Part shown: one piece after another, positions 30,497 to 40,956 of the stretch
Position numbering within the stretch: position 1 is the first letter of the stretch
How the letters are laid out: each line of letters begins with the position of its first letter
NCBI GenBank assembly: GCA_963759805.1
Contig: CAVXAT010000002.1
Span: 1-64,000, forward strand
DNA from: an uncultured bacterium
GTDB taxonomy: Bacteria; Babelota; Babeliae; Babelales; RVW-14
Reading direction: 5' to 3'
Length of the DNA stretch: 64,000 bases
The notes under the pieces: generated by a model
Database searches by the model: none
Seen by the model: the letters and a program-made list of their open reading frames with translations, nothing else
Told to the model about the DNA's origin: nothing
Position numbers and translations under genes: made by a program

Positions 30497-31645
30497 TGTT
30501 CTAGTCCAGATACATATGAGACTAAAAAGTTGAATTTTTGAATTTGCTTGAAATATAATAAAGACCTCCAGAAAACATAACAAACTTTTTAGGAGGCCTT
30601 TATTATGCAGACAAAACGTCTACACAAGAAATACTATTATATTTCTAAAATAGATGAAAGAGATTATTCAAAAATAGTTTGGGAGCGCAAGCAAAAGCTC
30701 GAGCTATTCGATACATTAATGTGTGATGGATGCTCGGAAGAAGTTGCCATCCAAGCAATTGGAATGTCTCGATCAAAATACTATCGATTAAAAGCTCGTT
30801 ATCAAAGAGATGGCCTTGCAGGCCTTGAGAATCAAAGTAGAAAACCACATCGCTTAAGACAACCTCAATGGCCCCCTGAAATTGAGGAAAAGGTATGTGG
30901 GATTCGAAATAAATTCCGTGTTTGGGGCAAGGATAAAATTGCTGTTATTCTTAAACGGGAATTCAATCTTAAGGTATCGATTAGCACGGTTGGACGCATA
31001 TTATCAAAGCTTATAAAAAATGGAAAATGTAAAACTGTTTCGTTTTATACTGGAAAATACTCACCAAAGCCAAGAATATTTAATGATCATGCTCAGCGGT
31101 TACCAACTGGAGCCAAGAGCAAAAGACCTGGAGAACTCGTACAAATTGACCATATGACGGTTAAACTTGATTCAGGAAAAGAAGTTAAACACTTTGATGC
31201 AATGTGTCCAACGACGCACGTTGCCGTGGGTAAAGCATATCGCCAAGCAACGAGTTTAATCGCAACAGATTTTCTTGATTTTATGGTTCAGCAGCTGCCT
31301 TTCCCGCTTTTATCAGTTCAGGTCGATGGGGGCAGTGAGTTCAAAGGTGAATTCGAACAAGCCTGTAAAAGTCGCAATATTCCCCTTTTTGTTACCCCTC
31401 CGAGATCGCCTCAAATTAACGGTGCTGTTGAACGGGGAAATGGAACCGTTAAGTATGAATTTTACAGCCTGTACGACAAAGGCGACAACCTTCAATTCAT
31501 TAATGACTCACTGCAACAATTTATGAATATATATAACAATTATCGACCCCATCGCAGTTTACAAGGACTTACGCCTATGGAATACTGTATAAAGATGGAG
31601 GTCTTTCAATCGAATTCTCAGTCTCATATGTATTGAACGCAGTCA
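30497..31645 (+). mobile_element. IS481 family insertion sequence
   Basis: TG...CA termini; IR core ATACATATGAGACT / AGTCTCATATGTAT; 5-bp TSD CCCAT (30492-30496, 31646-31650). Confidence 0.88.
30605..31636 (+). CDS. IS481-type rve/DDE transposase
   Basis: HTH region, LVQIDH, VQVDGGSEF, NGAVER, YNNYRPH..L..LTP. Confidence 0.92.
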   Translation: MQTKRLHKKYYYISKIDERDYSKIVWERKQKLELFDTLMCDGCSEEVAIQAIGMSRSKYYRLKARYQRDGLAGLENQSRKPHRLRQPQWPPEIEEKVCGIRNKFRVWGKDKIAVILKREFNLKVSISTVGRILSKLIKNGKCKTVSFYTGKYSPKPRIFNDHAQRLPTGAKSKRPGELVQIDHMTVKLDSGKEVKHFDAMCPTTHVAVGKAYRQATSLIATDFLDFMVQQLPFPLLSVQVDGGSEFKGEFEQACKSRNIPLFVTPPRSPQINGAVERGNGTVKYEFYSLYDKGDNLQFINDSLQQFMNIYNNYRPHRSLQGLTPMEYCIKMEVFQSNSQSHMY

Positions 31646-31742
31646 CCCATTTGCAAATAAAGAATTTATAAATTAATCTTGTTAGTAATCTAAGTAGAAT
31701 ATTGTGAGGTTATATTTTAATATTTTTTTGGGAGGTTATTTC

Positions 31743-33551
31743 ATGAAAATGTTTAAGAAAATAATATTATCGATTCTGATAGCTGGCTGCACAAGTTTTG
31801 CAGCATTTGGAGCGAAAGATTCCGGTACAGCGCCAGCAACTGCGCCCAAAGCAGATTATATAAAAATACAACTCAAGAACGGAAGGGTCCTGCATCTTCC
31901 CAAACAAGTCGCAAATATTACAAAATATTTCAACAACCCTACGCAACAAGCTATGCGCACTGGCATTGAAACCGGTGTTAAATTTGAAAATTTTGATGAT
32001 AACGTCGTTGAGCTAACCTGCAGCATGATTAAAGTAATTTACAACTTGCGCCAAGATCAAGAGTCCCAAGCATACAGTAATGATACCAAAAATAAAATGC
32101 TTCAAGATATACTTAATCACGCGCTTAATAATAAACGCACATTGCTCAAGCAAACTGATTTTGATATCAACCAAGCATGGTGCTTTGCCGATTATCTCGA
32201 TGGAATTCCAGAATTAGAACAAGCCATTATGGCTGTGTTGGCCAAAAACATTTGTACACCAGAATTTCTTGATACATTCCAAGGCAATGAATTTTTATCA
32301 GATGATCCAACCAATGATCTAACCAATCAAAAATTTAGGGAGCAATTAAAAGAAGCTTTAAATAAGTATATAAAAATACATCAGCCTGATGTTTATGCGC
32401 GCATAATGCCTTACAGCTGCTCTCAAACATTGAGGTTGCGGAACGACAGCGCCTGTAGCCTATGCGTTACACCAGATGGCAAGATAGTTTCTGGATCTTT
32501 TTTTGGATCCATAACCATATGGATCTGTAATCCTGTAAATCATAAATATAGGCTGCTTCAAACACTTAATGCTTCAATTGGCGGTCTCCCCGATCCGTGG
32601 GTGCTGAGCGTATGCGTTACACCAGATGGCAAGATAGTTTCTGGGTCTGGTAACAATATCATCAAAATATGGTCATATAATCCTGAAACCCTTCAGTACG
32701 CCCTGTCTCAAACACTTGATTCTACGGTTGACGGCCATACCGGTTGTGTCAATTGCGTATACATTACACCGGATGGCAAGATAGTTTCCGGATCGAATGA
32801 CAATACCATCAAAATATGGACCTATAATCCTGAAATCCATCAATACACGCTGTCTCAAACACTTAATTTTCCATTTGATGGCCCTGCCGGCCATACCTAT
32901 TGTGTCAATTGCGTATGCATTACACCGAATGGCAAATTGGTTTCTGGGCTTTATGACAACTCCATCAAAATATGGGCTTATAATGGAGAAACCCATCAAT
33001 ACACCACCCTCCCTCAAACACTTGATTCTAGAGTTGGCGGCCATACCAATAGTGTCAATAGCGTATGCGTTACGCCAGATGATAAGATACTTTCTGGGTC
33101 TTCTGACAGTACCATCAAAATATGGTCCTACAGTCCTGAAACACATCAGTACGCCCTATCTCAAACACTTGTCGTCGGTCATGTGGGCAGTGTTGAAAAT
33201 GTGTGTGTTACTCAAGATGGCAGGATCGTTTCAGCACTTGAGGTCCCCCCAGGTTGGGGCGACATTATGGACTCAGCCATAAAAATATGGTCCTATAATA
33301 CTGAAACCAATCAGTACGCCCTATCCCAAACACTTGATTCTACAGTTGGCGGTCATACCAGTTTTGTCAGGACGGCATGCATTACATCAGATGGCAAAAT
33401 AGTTTCCGGGGCTAATGACAACACCATCAAAATATGGGCGGCGCCTAATTTAACGATTGAGCAGATTATTGCACGGTTAAAAAAAGAGCTCGTACCAGCA
33501 ACTCAGGTACGACAGAAACACAAACATAGGACGCAGTCTTCGTGGAAATAA
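31743..33551 (+). CDS. Secreted Skp1/BTB-like domain plus WD40 repeat protein
   Basis: Signal peptide; N-terminal region ending FADYLDGIPEL (resembles Skp1 AANYLDI); about seven GH..V..TPDGKIVSGS.D.TIKIW repeats. Confidence 0.85.
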   Translation: MKMFKKIILSILIAGCTSFAAFGAKDSGTAPATAPKADYIKIQLKNGRVLHLPKQVANITKYFNNPTQQAMRTGIETGVKFENFDDNVVELTCSMIKVIYNLRQDQESQAYSNDTKNKMLQDILNHALNNKRTLLKQTDFDINQAWCFADYLDGIPELEQAIMAVLAKNICTPEFLDTFQGNEFLSDDPTNDLTNQKFREQLKEALNKYIKIHQPDVYARIMPYSCSQTLRLRNDSACSLCVTPDGKIVSGSFFGSITIWICNPVNHKYRLLQTLNASIGGLPDPWVLSVCVTPDGKIVSGSGNNIIKIWSYNPETLQYALSQTLDSTVDGHTGCVNCVYITPDGKIVSGSNDNTIKIWTYNPEIHQYTLSQTLNFPFDGPAGHTYCVNCVCITPNGKLVSGLYDNSIKIWAYNGETHQYTTLPQTLDSRVGGHTNSVNSVCVTPDDKILSGSSDSTIKIWSYSPETHQYALSQTLVVGHVGSVENVCVTQDGRIVSALEVPPGWGDIMDSAIKIWSYNTETNQYALSQTLDSTVGGHTSFVRTACITSDGKIVSGANDNTIKIWAAPNLTIEQIIARLKKELVPATQVRQKHKHRTQSSWK

Positions 33552-33599
33552 CTGTTCAGTTATAAAAATAGTTTGTCAGCAACAAATAATTTGGTTTCA

Positions 33600-33636
33600 T
33601 AAGTGGGTCGATTAAAAACCGGCCCACTTAATTTTT
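33600..33636 (+). terminator. Intrinsic terminator after the WD40 gene
   Basis: TAAGTGGGTCG...CGGCCCACTTA followed by ATTTTT. Confidence 0.7.
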
Positions 33637-33838
33637 GGGCGAATAATTAAATAAAATGAACGAACGTTTATGGCTCAATATACTCGATCTATTCTAAGCT
33701 TAACGTCTTTCATGGTCAAAATAGACGCATACTTTTGGCATTCCATGGTTAAAATAGACGGTTGCTTATGCCAAGGCCCAGCCCAAGCGGACAACGCCAT
33801 CATCTGCCATAGCATAGAGTACAAAAGTATGCTAAACA

Positions 33839-33869
33839 TTGACTTATGGTATTACTGCATGGTACCATA
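33839..33869 (+). promoter_or_regulatory. hicAB promoter with overlapping operator
   Basis: TTGACT-18 bp-TACCAT overlapped by the inverted repeat TATGGTA-N11-TACCATA. Confidence 0.55.
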
Positions 33870-33909
33870 ATAACAATGTTGTAAATTGGGTATAAAAAAT
33901 TGGACCCAA

Positions 33910-34164
33910 ATGAATAAAAAACAAAGCGAAACATTGCAGGCGATTTTTAAAGAGCCAACAAAATCAAATGTAAAATGGACAGACATTGAGTCGCTATTTA
34001 AGCATCTTGGGGCTGAAGTAAGTCAAGGCAACGGATCTCGTATAAGAGTTGCACTTAATGGGGTAAGAGCGGTTTTTCATAGGCCACATCCAAGAAAAGA
34101 GACCGACAAGGGTGCTTTGGTTTCGGTACGTAGATTTTTAGAAAATGCAGGGATAAAGCAATGA
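33910..34164 (+). CDS. hicA: HicA family toxin
   Basis: GNGSRIRV, FHRPHP motifs. Confidence 0.92.
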   Translation: MNKKQSETLQAIFKEPTKSNVKWTDIESLFKHLGAEVSQGNGSRIRVALNGVRAVFHRPHPRKETDKGALVSVRRFLENAGIKQ

Positions 34165-34481
34165 TGAAATATAAAGGCTATTTGGGCGAAGTTTCTTATG
34201 ATGCAAATGCAAAAATCTTTCATGGAGAAGTTCTAGGGCTAAAAGATGTTATTACGTTTCAAGGAACAACGGTCGTTGAACTTGAAAAGGCATTTAGAGA
34301 TTCAGTTGATGATTATGTAGCTTGGTGTAAAGAGCGTGGCGAAGAGCCTGAGAAAGCATTCTCTGGAAACATTCATATAAGAATCTCGCCTAACCTTCAT
34401 GCAAAACTTGCACAAACCGCTATAGTGCAAGGCGTAAGTTTAAATTCTTTGATTATTGATAAATTACAAAAAAATAAATAG
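34161..34481 (+). CDS. hicB: HicB family antitoxin
   Basis: YKGY, ITFQG, SVDDY, C-terminal RHH (RISPNLH...SLN); overlaps the hicA stop. Confidence 0.92.
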   Translation: MMKYKGYLGEVSYDANAKIFHGEVLGLKDVITFQGTTVVELEKAFRDSVDDYVAWCKERGEEPEKAFSGNIHIRISPNLHAKLAQTAIVQGVSLNSLIIDKLQKNK

Positions 34482-34519
34482 ACGATATGGCGTAACACTC
34501 TTTATTTAATCGATTTCTA

Positions 34520-35824
34520 CTAACCCATCATATTTTCAATGTCATCAGCAGATTTGGGCAAGGCCCCACTCAGACAAACGACACCGTCATCAGCCATTGC
34601 GTAATCGTCTTCAATTCTAATCCCAATGTTCTCTGCTTGGATATAAATTCCTGGCTCGATGGTGAAGACATCGCCCGGTTGAAGCGGAATTTCGCCATTG
34701 CCAACGTCATGAACATCAAGGCCAAGAAAATGCCCTATGCCATGCACAAAGTATTTTGAATAGCCTAACTTTTCTAAAAATTTAACGGCCTGATGGTGCA
34801 GTGATTTCTCAGGCAAATTTGGATTATTCAGATACATTCCGGGCACGGCCAGAGATTCAATATATTTCTGTGTTTGCAACACAACATCATAAATCTCTTT
34901 CTGTCGCACGGAAAATTTTCCACCAACCGGAAAAGTCCTAGTTAAATCTGATGAGTAGTTCCCATACTCAGCACCGATATCCATAACGACCAAATCGCCG
35001 ACAGCAAGCTTGTCAGTGTTGTTACAAGAGTGTAAAGTTGTTGTATTTTTACCCGTCGCAACAATGCTGGGAAATGCCGGAACTGCGCCGGCAGCCTCTT
35101 GAAAAATATACTCTATAATTGCCTGAATCTGATACTCATACTTACCCGGCTCAATACTTTTTGCAGCAGATTGAATGGCAAGTGACGTAATTTGTGCCGC
35201 TTTATAAATCAAGTTTATTTCATGATCTTCTTTAATGCGCCTGGATTTATGAACAATGCCTGAAACATCAGCAATTGTAATTTTATAATCAGACAGCCAG
35301 GCCTGAAAGCACGAAACTAGCTGCATTTGAGTAAAATATCTTGAGTTTGTGATTGAATCCATCAATGTATAAAGAACCCCGCCAATGCCAATATTTTTCT
35401 TTATATCGGCAATAATCTCGCTGTAACGCTCAGGTGTAAAAAATGGGGCACTCGAGTAACCCTTGATTTGCGCTCCAAGATATTTAATCTGATCGACAGA
35501 CAAATTTGCTTTATCGCTTTTTATGGTCAAACCCGTTTGTACCCACTGTTCACGACTTTGACTATAAAAAGGTAGATACAAAAGATCAGTACCATTAACA
35601 TCAATACCATCAAAATAGCAGCACATAACAACTGCCGGCTCTGTTATTCCGGTTAAATAGTAAAATGATGATTCCTGTTTAAACACATGACGTGCTGATT
35701 CAAAATCTGCTATCAGCAACAACGCTCCAGCCCCACCCTTGGGGTTCAATAATTTGATCTGCTCTATAATTTTTGTTCGTCGATTTTTGAAACGATTTAA
35801 TTTCTTTTCAGGCATATAAAACAT
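34520..35824 (-). CDS. pepP: Xaa-Pro aminopeptidase (M24B)
   Basis: FYYLTG, DIGAEY..SDLTRT, HGIGHFLGLDVHD, TIEPG, IRIEDD. ATG at 35824 preferred. Confidence 0.9.
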   Translation of the reverse strand: MFYMPEKKLNRFKNRRTKIIEQIKLLNPKGGAGALLLIADFESARHVFKQESSFYYLTGITEPAVVMCCYFDGIDVNGTDLLYLPFYSQSREQWVQTGLTIKSDKANLSVDQIKYLGAQIKGYSSAPFFTPERYSEIIADIKKNIGIGGVLYTLMDSITNSRYFTQMQLVSCFQAWLSDYKITIADVSGIVHKSRRIKEDHEINLIYKAAQITSLAIQSAAKSIEPGKYEYQIQAIIEYIFQEAAGAVPAFPSIVATGKNTTTLHSCNNTDKLAVGDLVVMDIGAEYGNYSSDLTRTFPVGGKFSVRQKEIYDVVLQTQKYIESLAVPGMYLNNPNLPEKSLHHQAVKFLEKLGYSKYFVHGIGHFLGLDVHDVGNGEIPLQPGDVFTIEPGIYIQAENIGIRIEDDYAMADDGVVCLSGALPKSADDIENMMG

Positions 35825-35864
35825 CTCTTCTCCCGTTTCGACTAATATCTTCTGAAACTCGCAT

Positions 35865-36019
35865 CCTTCGACAGGCTCCCAGACTTCGCCCTTCCCACTC
35901 CGCTCAGGTAGCTCCGAGGGACAGGTCGTGGCTACGCCGGGCACGGCAGGACGAGCGCCATGAAGTAGGCGCGCTCGTGGTGAGCTCGTCGAACCATCAC
36001 CCTGTGACGCGCCGGGCCT
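35865..36019. repeat. Inverted REP doublet; the left REP carries a 69-bp nested insert (35879-35947)
   Basis: CCTTCGACAGGCTC|insert|AGGACGAGCG paired with CGCTCGTGGTGAGCTCGTCGAACC (35972-35995). Confidence 0.85.
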
Positions 36020-38413
36020 CTACTGCTCCCTGCGCATTATAGGCTGACGTCTAAATTTTTTAGCAAATGTACCTAGCGAATCTAACTTTAAAGCAAAAAC
36101 AAATGTATGCTCTGTCGTATTATTACCATACTCACGATATTTTTTAACCTCAATTCCAAAATATAAACCCCAACAGTGTCCGTTTATTTCCATTCTTACT
36201 CTATGAATCAAAGGGTTTAAGCCTTGTAAATCTGCAAAATGGCAACCCTTTTCATCATAAAACTGGCCATCATAACAAAGTACTACCTCTTTGCTAATTG
36301 GAATTGCAATATTCACAAAAATAAAATGCGGAACATTTGATAAAAGCTCACGGATCCGTTGTAATAATGGGTACTGATAAAAATAACCGGCGGAGATGTT
36401 TAGCTTATCTTTAAAAATACCTAACCCTATCTGAGACTGAAGTAAACGAGCCCGACCAAACTCAACTTCTTGAGCTAAAGAAAGTTTTAAAATACTGTAT
36501 CCAATACTAAAATCATAACTAAGCGGTAAAAGATGCCGTTGTCCTACTCCGCGACGCAGGTAAAAAATATCGGATTGACTATAAAAATCATACCCCTGCT
36601 CAATATTCAGATCGATATTCCAGTTTTTCCAATTCAAATTATTGGAAATATTTCCGGACAGTTCGTTTATTGGATATGCTCGATCCCACAAATCCATGTA
36701 ATACCAATTTTTTTGATAAAATTTAGGCAAGAATGTCCACTTAATTGTCGGCTGCATAAAATTAGAGCAACTAAAATCATCACTATAACTGGTGACCTCA
36801 GGCAGAGCCCATTCAGCACCATATTTTGAGTAAATTCTATAAGCTCCATTCCCCAACAGATGATCCTCGATAACATTTTTTTTATGAATATCTTTTGAGA
36901 AAGTGTTACTTCTAAACTGAACTTGCGGTTCAGCAAAAAGCCTAATGTTGCTATTTTTTAAATTAATGCGCGAATGAAGATTCCCCTTATATCCAGCCCT
37001 GAATACATCATGCTTTTTAGGAGGAATCAACAACGATTCATTAATCATTCTTGAATTTACAAAGATACGCCCTATCTTAATTTGGCTACAAGAGATCTCA
37101 TCAAAAAACAGGTCATGCCGATAAAATAATGTATTATATAGGCTCCAGTTGGAAGCATTCCACTCAAAATGAGGTAGCTTTACCGTGTTAAACCTATCTT
37201 CAATCTCTTTTTTTGTAACAAAATCATCATTAAACTCAATAACTTTTTCTTTATGATCATTAGCGAATTTTTTAGCAAAAACAATCTCCTCCCGAGTAAG
37301 ATTTAAAAATTGCTTACGACTTGTACGCTCTTGATCCCATTTTAATTCAACCAAATGCTTACTGGATAACCCCCTAAAAATAACCGAATTAAAGAATGTG
37401 TCATCAACCTCTTCAATGTTATTATAAAAGTAGTATCCAATCTGTTTATCCGTACCAAAATCTGCACGGATAAGACTTCTAAAATCAAAATTTCCAAGAT
37501 GCGTCAGATATGTAAAATCCTTACCCTGAATCCAATACCTATGCTCTGTTTTTGGAACAATATTGTCATTTTCTAAGGCATACGAATCGTTGACTACGGC
37601 GTACTGCCCATAGGCAGTTGTAAATGAATCGGGAGACCGCGCCCATCTAAATTCATCTGAAAATACACAGCCTCTTCGCGTTTTAAAATCTAAGCCAAAC
37701 GTAGTATCACAATGTCGATTGATATATTTGTAATACTCTACTTTCACGCCAAAACCAAGACTATAATCAAATGAAAATTTTGGAATTAAAAAACCTGACT
37801 TTGAACGGCCCTGAATTGGCAAAGCCATCCTTGGCACATAAAAAACCGGAATTCCACCTGTTTTGAAAAGAATATTCGACGCATCTATGAAATAACTTCC
37901 GTGTATAACAGCCTTTGTCGCACTAAAATACCAGTGTAAATCCTCTTGATCACAAGCCGAAAACAGAATATCTTCCATTCGCCAGTTAAAATCATTAAGT
38001 TTTTGTGCCCTCTTCGCAGAAATATACCCTTCATCCATATGAATTTTTATATTCTCGGCATAACCTGTTTTATTTTCAAGATTCAAAAGAATATAATCAG
38101 TTAAAATTACAAAATCATTATTTTCAATTTTTACCGGACCACATTCAGACATCTTTGCAATCAGTGTCTGCTCCTTACGATCTATCTCTACCCTGTCAGC
38201 AGACAAACGAAATTTTTGATCTATGATCGCATCGACGGCGCCTTCAAAAATGATTCTGTTCTCATCAATAACCGTCTGTTTTAAACTGTTTACGCGCAAA
38301 AATTTACCGGACGTTGAGGATTTTATAGCGGCATTTAAATTAAAAGAAAAAAATGTAAGAATAAGCAGCAAACCCGCTTGTCGCAAATAACTTTTAAGCA
38401 TATTCAAAATCAA
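36020..38413 (-). CDS. lptD: LptD-like outer-membrane assembly protein
   Basis: Signal peptide, jellyroll-like N-terminus (ADRVEID, FSAC..WYFSA), RSKSGFLIP, C-terminal HCW, aromatic-rich beta pattern. Confidence 0.75.
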   Translation of the reverse strand: MILNMLKSYLRQAGLLLILTFFSFNLNAAIKSSTSGKFLRVNSLKQTVIDENRIIFEGAVDAIIDQKFRLSADRVEIDRKEQTLIAKMSECGPVKIENNDFVILTDYILLNLENKTGYAENIKIHMDEGYISAKRAQKLNDFNWRMEDILFSACDQEDLHWYFSATKAVIHGSYFIDASNILFKTGGIPVFYVPRMALPIQGRSKSGFLIPKFSFDYSLGFGVKVEYYKYINRHCDTTFGLDFKTRRGCVFSDEFRWARSPDSFTTAYGQYAVVNDSYALENDNIVPKTEHRYWIQGKDFTYLTHLGNFDFRSLIRADFGTDKQIGYYFYNNIEEVDDTFFNSVIFRGLSSKHLVELKWDQERTSRKQFLNLTREEIVFAKKFANDHKEKVIEFNDDFVTKKEIEDRFNTVKLPHFEWNASNWSLYNTLFYRHDLFFDEISCSQIKIGRIFVNSRMINESLLIPPKKHDVFRAGYKGNLHSRINLKNSNIRLFAEPQVQFRSNTFSKDIHKKNVIEDHLLGNGAYRIYSKYGAEWALPEVTSYSDDFSCSNFMQPTIKWTFLPKFYQKNWYYMDLWDRAYPINELSGNISNNLNWKNWNIDLNIEQGYDFYSQSDIFYLRRGVGQRHLLPLSYDFSIGYSILKLSLAQEVEFGRARLLQSQIGLGIFKDKLNISAGYFYQYPLLQRIRELLSNVPHFIFVNIAIPISKEVVLCYDGQFYDEKGCHFADLQGLNPLIHRVRMEINGHCWGLYFGIEVKKYREYGNNTTEHTFVFALKLDSLGTFAKKFRRQPIMRREQ

Positions 38414-39024
38414 AATGGTCTTCTGCCTGTTAAAGCCTTGGAAATCGTAACGCGATCCATATATTCAAGATTTGATCCAATCGGCACACCACTTGCCAAC
38501 CGAGAGACAGGAAGCGATAAATCTTTTATCTTTGAAAAAATGTAGCTTGCTGTCGCCTCCCCTTCAGGGGTTGGATTAGTTGCAAAAATCAGCTCGTTAA
38601 CCGTTTTTGTTCTTAATCGCTTAACCAATGAATCAATCGTTAGATTATCCGGCCCAATACCCTCAAGAGGACAAAGCGCCCCACCCAAAACATGATACAC
38701 TCCATTAAATCCACCGCTATTTTCGATAGCGAAGAGATCATGCAGCGTTTCAACAACGCAAACAGTTTGTTTATCGCGCTTTGCTGAAGAGCAAATCGAA
38801 CAAAGCGCATCACTATCTTCTGCCTTTTCTGTCAAATTAAAACAATCTTTGCAAAATTTAACCGAAGCCTTTACGTCAATTAATGTCTGACAAAATTGCT
38901 CAATACTTTTTTTGTCATTCATCAAAAAGTAGACAGCCACCCTGTAAACGTTTTTTGAAGCCAAGAATGGCACTCTTTGTAACTGACGGATAAGCCTTTG
39001 AAATGTCGGTAAATCTGCAAACAT
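38410..39024 (-). CDS. recR: Recombination protein RecR
   Basis: CxxC...CxxC, YHVLGG, ATNPTPEGEATA. Confidence 0.96.
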   Translation of the reverse strand: MFADLPTFQRLIRQLQRVPFLASKNVYRVAVYFLMNDKKSIEQFCQTLIDVKASVKFCKDCFNLTEKAEDSDALCSICSSAKRDKQTVCVVETLHDLFAIENSGGFNGVYHVLGGALCPLEGIGPDNLTIDSLVKRLRTKTVNELIFATNPTPEGEATASYIFSKIKDLSLPVSRLASGVPIGSNLEYMDRVTISKALTGRRPF

Positions 39025-39052
39025 GCAAAGCCTATTTTAATATCTTGATAAT

Positions 39053-40801
39053 TTAATGGCTCAATACATATTTTCTGAAATAATCTTCCACTAACGTCAG
39101 AATATTATTCATGGTCCAGTATAAAACCAGCCCAACCGGAAAATTTGCAAAAAGAGCTGTCATAACAATAGAAACGAAGTACATCATTATCTTCTGTTTT
39201 TCATCGCTTGATGGAGTCATAGCCTGTTGCCAAATCATTGTAATTCCCATTAACACAGGAATAACGTAATATGGATCCTTGGCTGAAAGGTCCATAATCC
39301 ATCCAAAAAATGGTGCCTGATAAAGATCAAGATAGTTTCCCAAAACACGATACAATGCAAATAAGATAGGCATCTGTATCAATAAAGGTAAGCAGCCAAG
39401 CAGCGGAGTCGCTGTCGATAAATTATGATCTGCATGGAACTTCATCAACTCCTGATTCTGCATCTTCAAATCCTGTTTATACTTTTGACGAATGCGCTGA
39501 ATTGTTGGTTGAAAGCGTTGGTACTCTTCCATCTTTCTTCTACTAAAAATTGAAAGCGGAACAAATGGGAGACGAAGTAAAATGGTCATGACAACAATTG
39601 CCCAACCATAATTTCCAATCAGCCCAAATAACCAATAAAGCAGTTTAAGAAGCAGCTTGCACAACCAAGAAAGCCACCCGAAAGCTAATAAATCAACCAA
39701 GCGACTATCAACAACCGACATGGATTCCAAAACCTTTGGACCAATATAAAAAGATACATTAAAACTCTTTGCCTCTGTCAACTCCGGGCCTTCAAATATC
39801 GTTATAACCTTCTTGGTATCAGTCCGTTTGACATAGGCACGTTGAACAAACTTTGCAGGATCATTGACCATGCCATGAGCAAAATATTTATCTTCAGATC
39901 CAAACATAACTTTTGGGGTAACCCAATGCCATGCCAAATCTTGGGTTGCCTTCAGATCAATCTTCTCAACCGACTCTTTTGATTCATTAAACACAAAAAC
40001 ATTTATTGTATCATTTTCAATTTCACTGACACATGGCGAACTAACTAAAATTCTTGCACGGATGGGGAGCAATTCATCTGTCTTGCGTGGTTCAAAATTA
40101 ACGGTCAAATCAATTTTGTAACTATCTTGATAAAGTGAATAAATCTTGCGAATAGTCCAAAATTCGGTTTCAATTTGATATGCCACTTCCACAACATCGT
40201 GCTGATCAATTTTTTTATCCTGTTTATGCAAAAATTGATATTTAAATGGCGTATTCTCTTCAAGAGCTAATAAGAAACAACCGTTCTCACGATTATCTTT
40301 TCCAGCGGCTGACTTTTCACCAGCGACTTTTTCACCAGAAGCCTTTTCACCAACGGCGCCACCATCTTTACCAACGCTCTTGCCCGCATCTTTACCCTCA
40401 CATTTATTGCCATCTTTATCAGCATCTCTTGAAATAGTTTTTAATGGCGAGCCGTTTTTGCCTTTATGATCGTTCAGTTCAAATTCCGCCAAAACTGCAC
40501 CATAATTTGAAAAAACTGCTTTGTACTTTGGCATCTGCACATCAGTTAAAACTTCTGCCTCTTCATCCCGAGATCCATCTCGTACAGATCCATCTCGTTT
40601 TTCTTCAAACTTAACCTGCATATTCAACGGACGGTAAAGCTCCTGAACTGCCGCGACCTTTATTGGCTGACCTGCGACGGGAGCTTGAACCGTTTCAACA
40701 GATGAAGGTTTTTGAGCAACTTTTCCACTGAAAAAATACTGCAAGCCCAAAACTGTTAATAATGAAAGCGATAATGCTATAAAAAACTTTTTGTCTATCA
40801 T
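39053..40801 (-). CDS. yidC: Membrane protein insertase YidC
   Basis: GNYGWAI, GCLPLLIQMP, DLSAKDPYY, PVGLVLYW. Confidence 0.95.
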   Translation of the reverse strand: MIDKKFFIALSLSLLTVLGLQYFFSGKVAQKPSSVETVQAPVAGQPIKVAAVQELYRPLNMQVKFEEKRDGSVRDGSRDEEAEVLTDVQMPKYKAVFSNYGAVLAEFELNDHKGKNGSPLKTISRDADKDGNKCEGKDAGKSVGKDGGAVGEKASGEKVAGEKSAAGKDNRENGCFLLALEENTPFKYQFLHKQDKKIDQHDVVEVAYQIETEFWTIRKIYSLYQDSYKIDLTVNFEPRKTDELLPIRARILVSSPCVSEIENDTINVFVFNESKESVEKIDLKATQDLAWHWVTPKVMFGSEDKYFAHGMVNDPAKFVQRAYVKRTDTKKVITIFEGPELTEAKSFNVSFYIGPKVLESMSVVDSRLVDLLAFGWLSWLCKLLLKLLYWLFGLIGNYGWAIVVMTILLRLPFVPLSIFSRRKMEEYQRFQPTIQRIRQKYKQDLKMQNQELMKFHADHNLSTATPLLGCLPLLIQMPILFALYRVLGNYLDLYQAPFFGWIMDLSAKDPYYVIPVLMGITMIWQQAMTPSSDEKQKIMMYFVSIVMTALFANFPVGLVLYWTMNNILTLVEDYFRKYVLSH

Positions 40802-40956
40802 GACTTGTCCTTACCTTAATTTTTAACAAGACCTTAAATTATAAGCACACTAATTTTAACGAGAAAACTAAATTTTAACAGAGAATAGCCCATCAAGCTA
40901 GCCCTGATTTCAAACCATTCGGTTTTCAAGTCTTCGACTTTATACCATTAGACTTT

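Noticed and set aside
32400..33440. Regularly spaced DNA repeats suggesting a CRISPR array or DGR
   Set aside because: They are the coding WD40 repeats. I saw no adenine-specific variation pattern and no reverse transcriptase.
33670..33870. 66-aa ORF with a duplicated MVKID motif upstream of hicA
   Set aside because: No SD, overlaps the hicAB promoter, and the duplication is just a short direct repeat.
35825..35944. N-terminal extension of PepP in the ORF track (MPGVATTCPSEL...)
   Set aside because: The GTG start lies inside the nested repeat. An ATG with an SD-like GGAGAAGAG exists at 35824.
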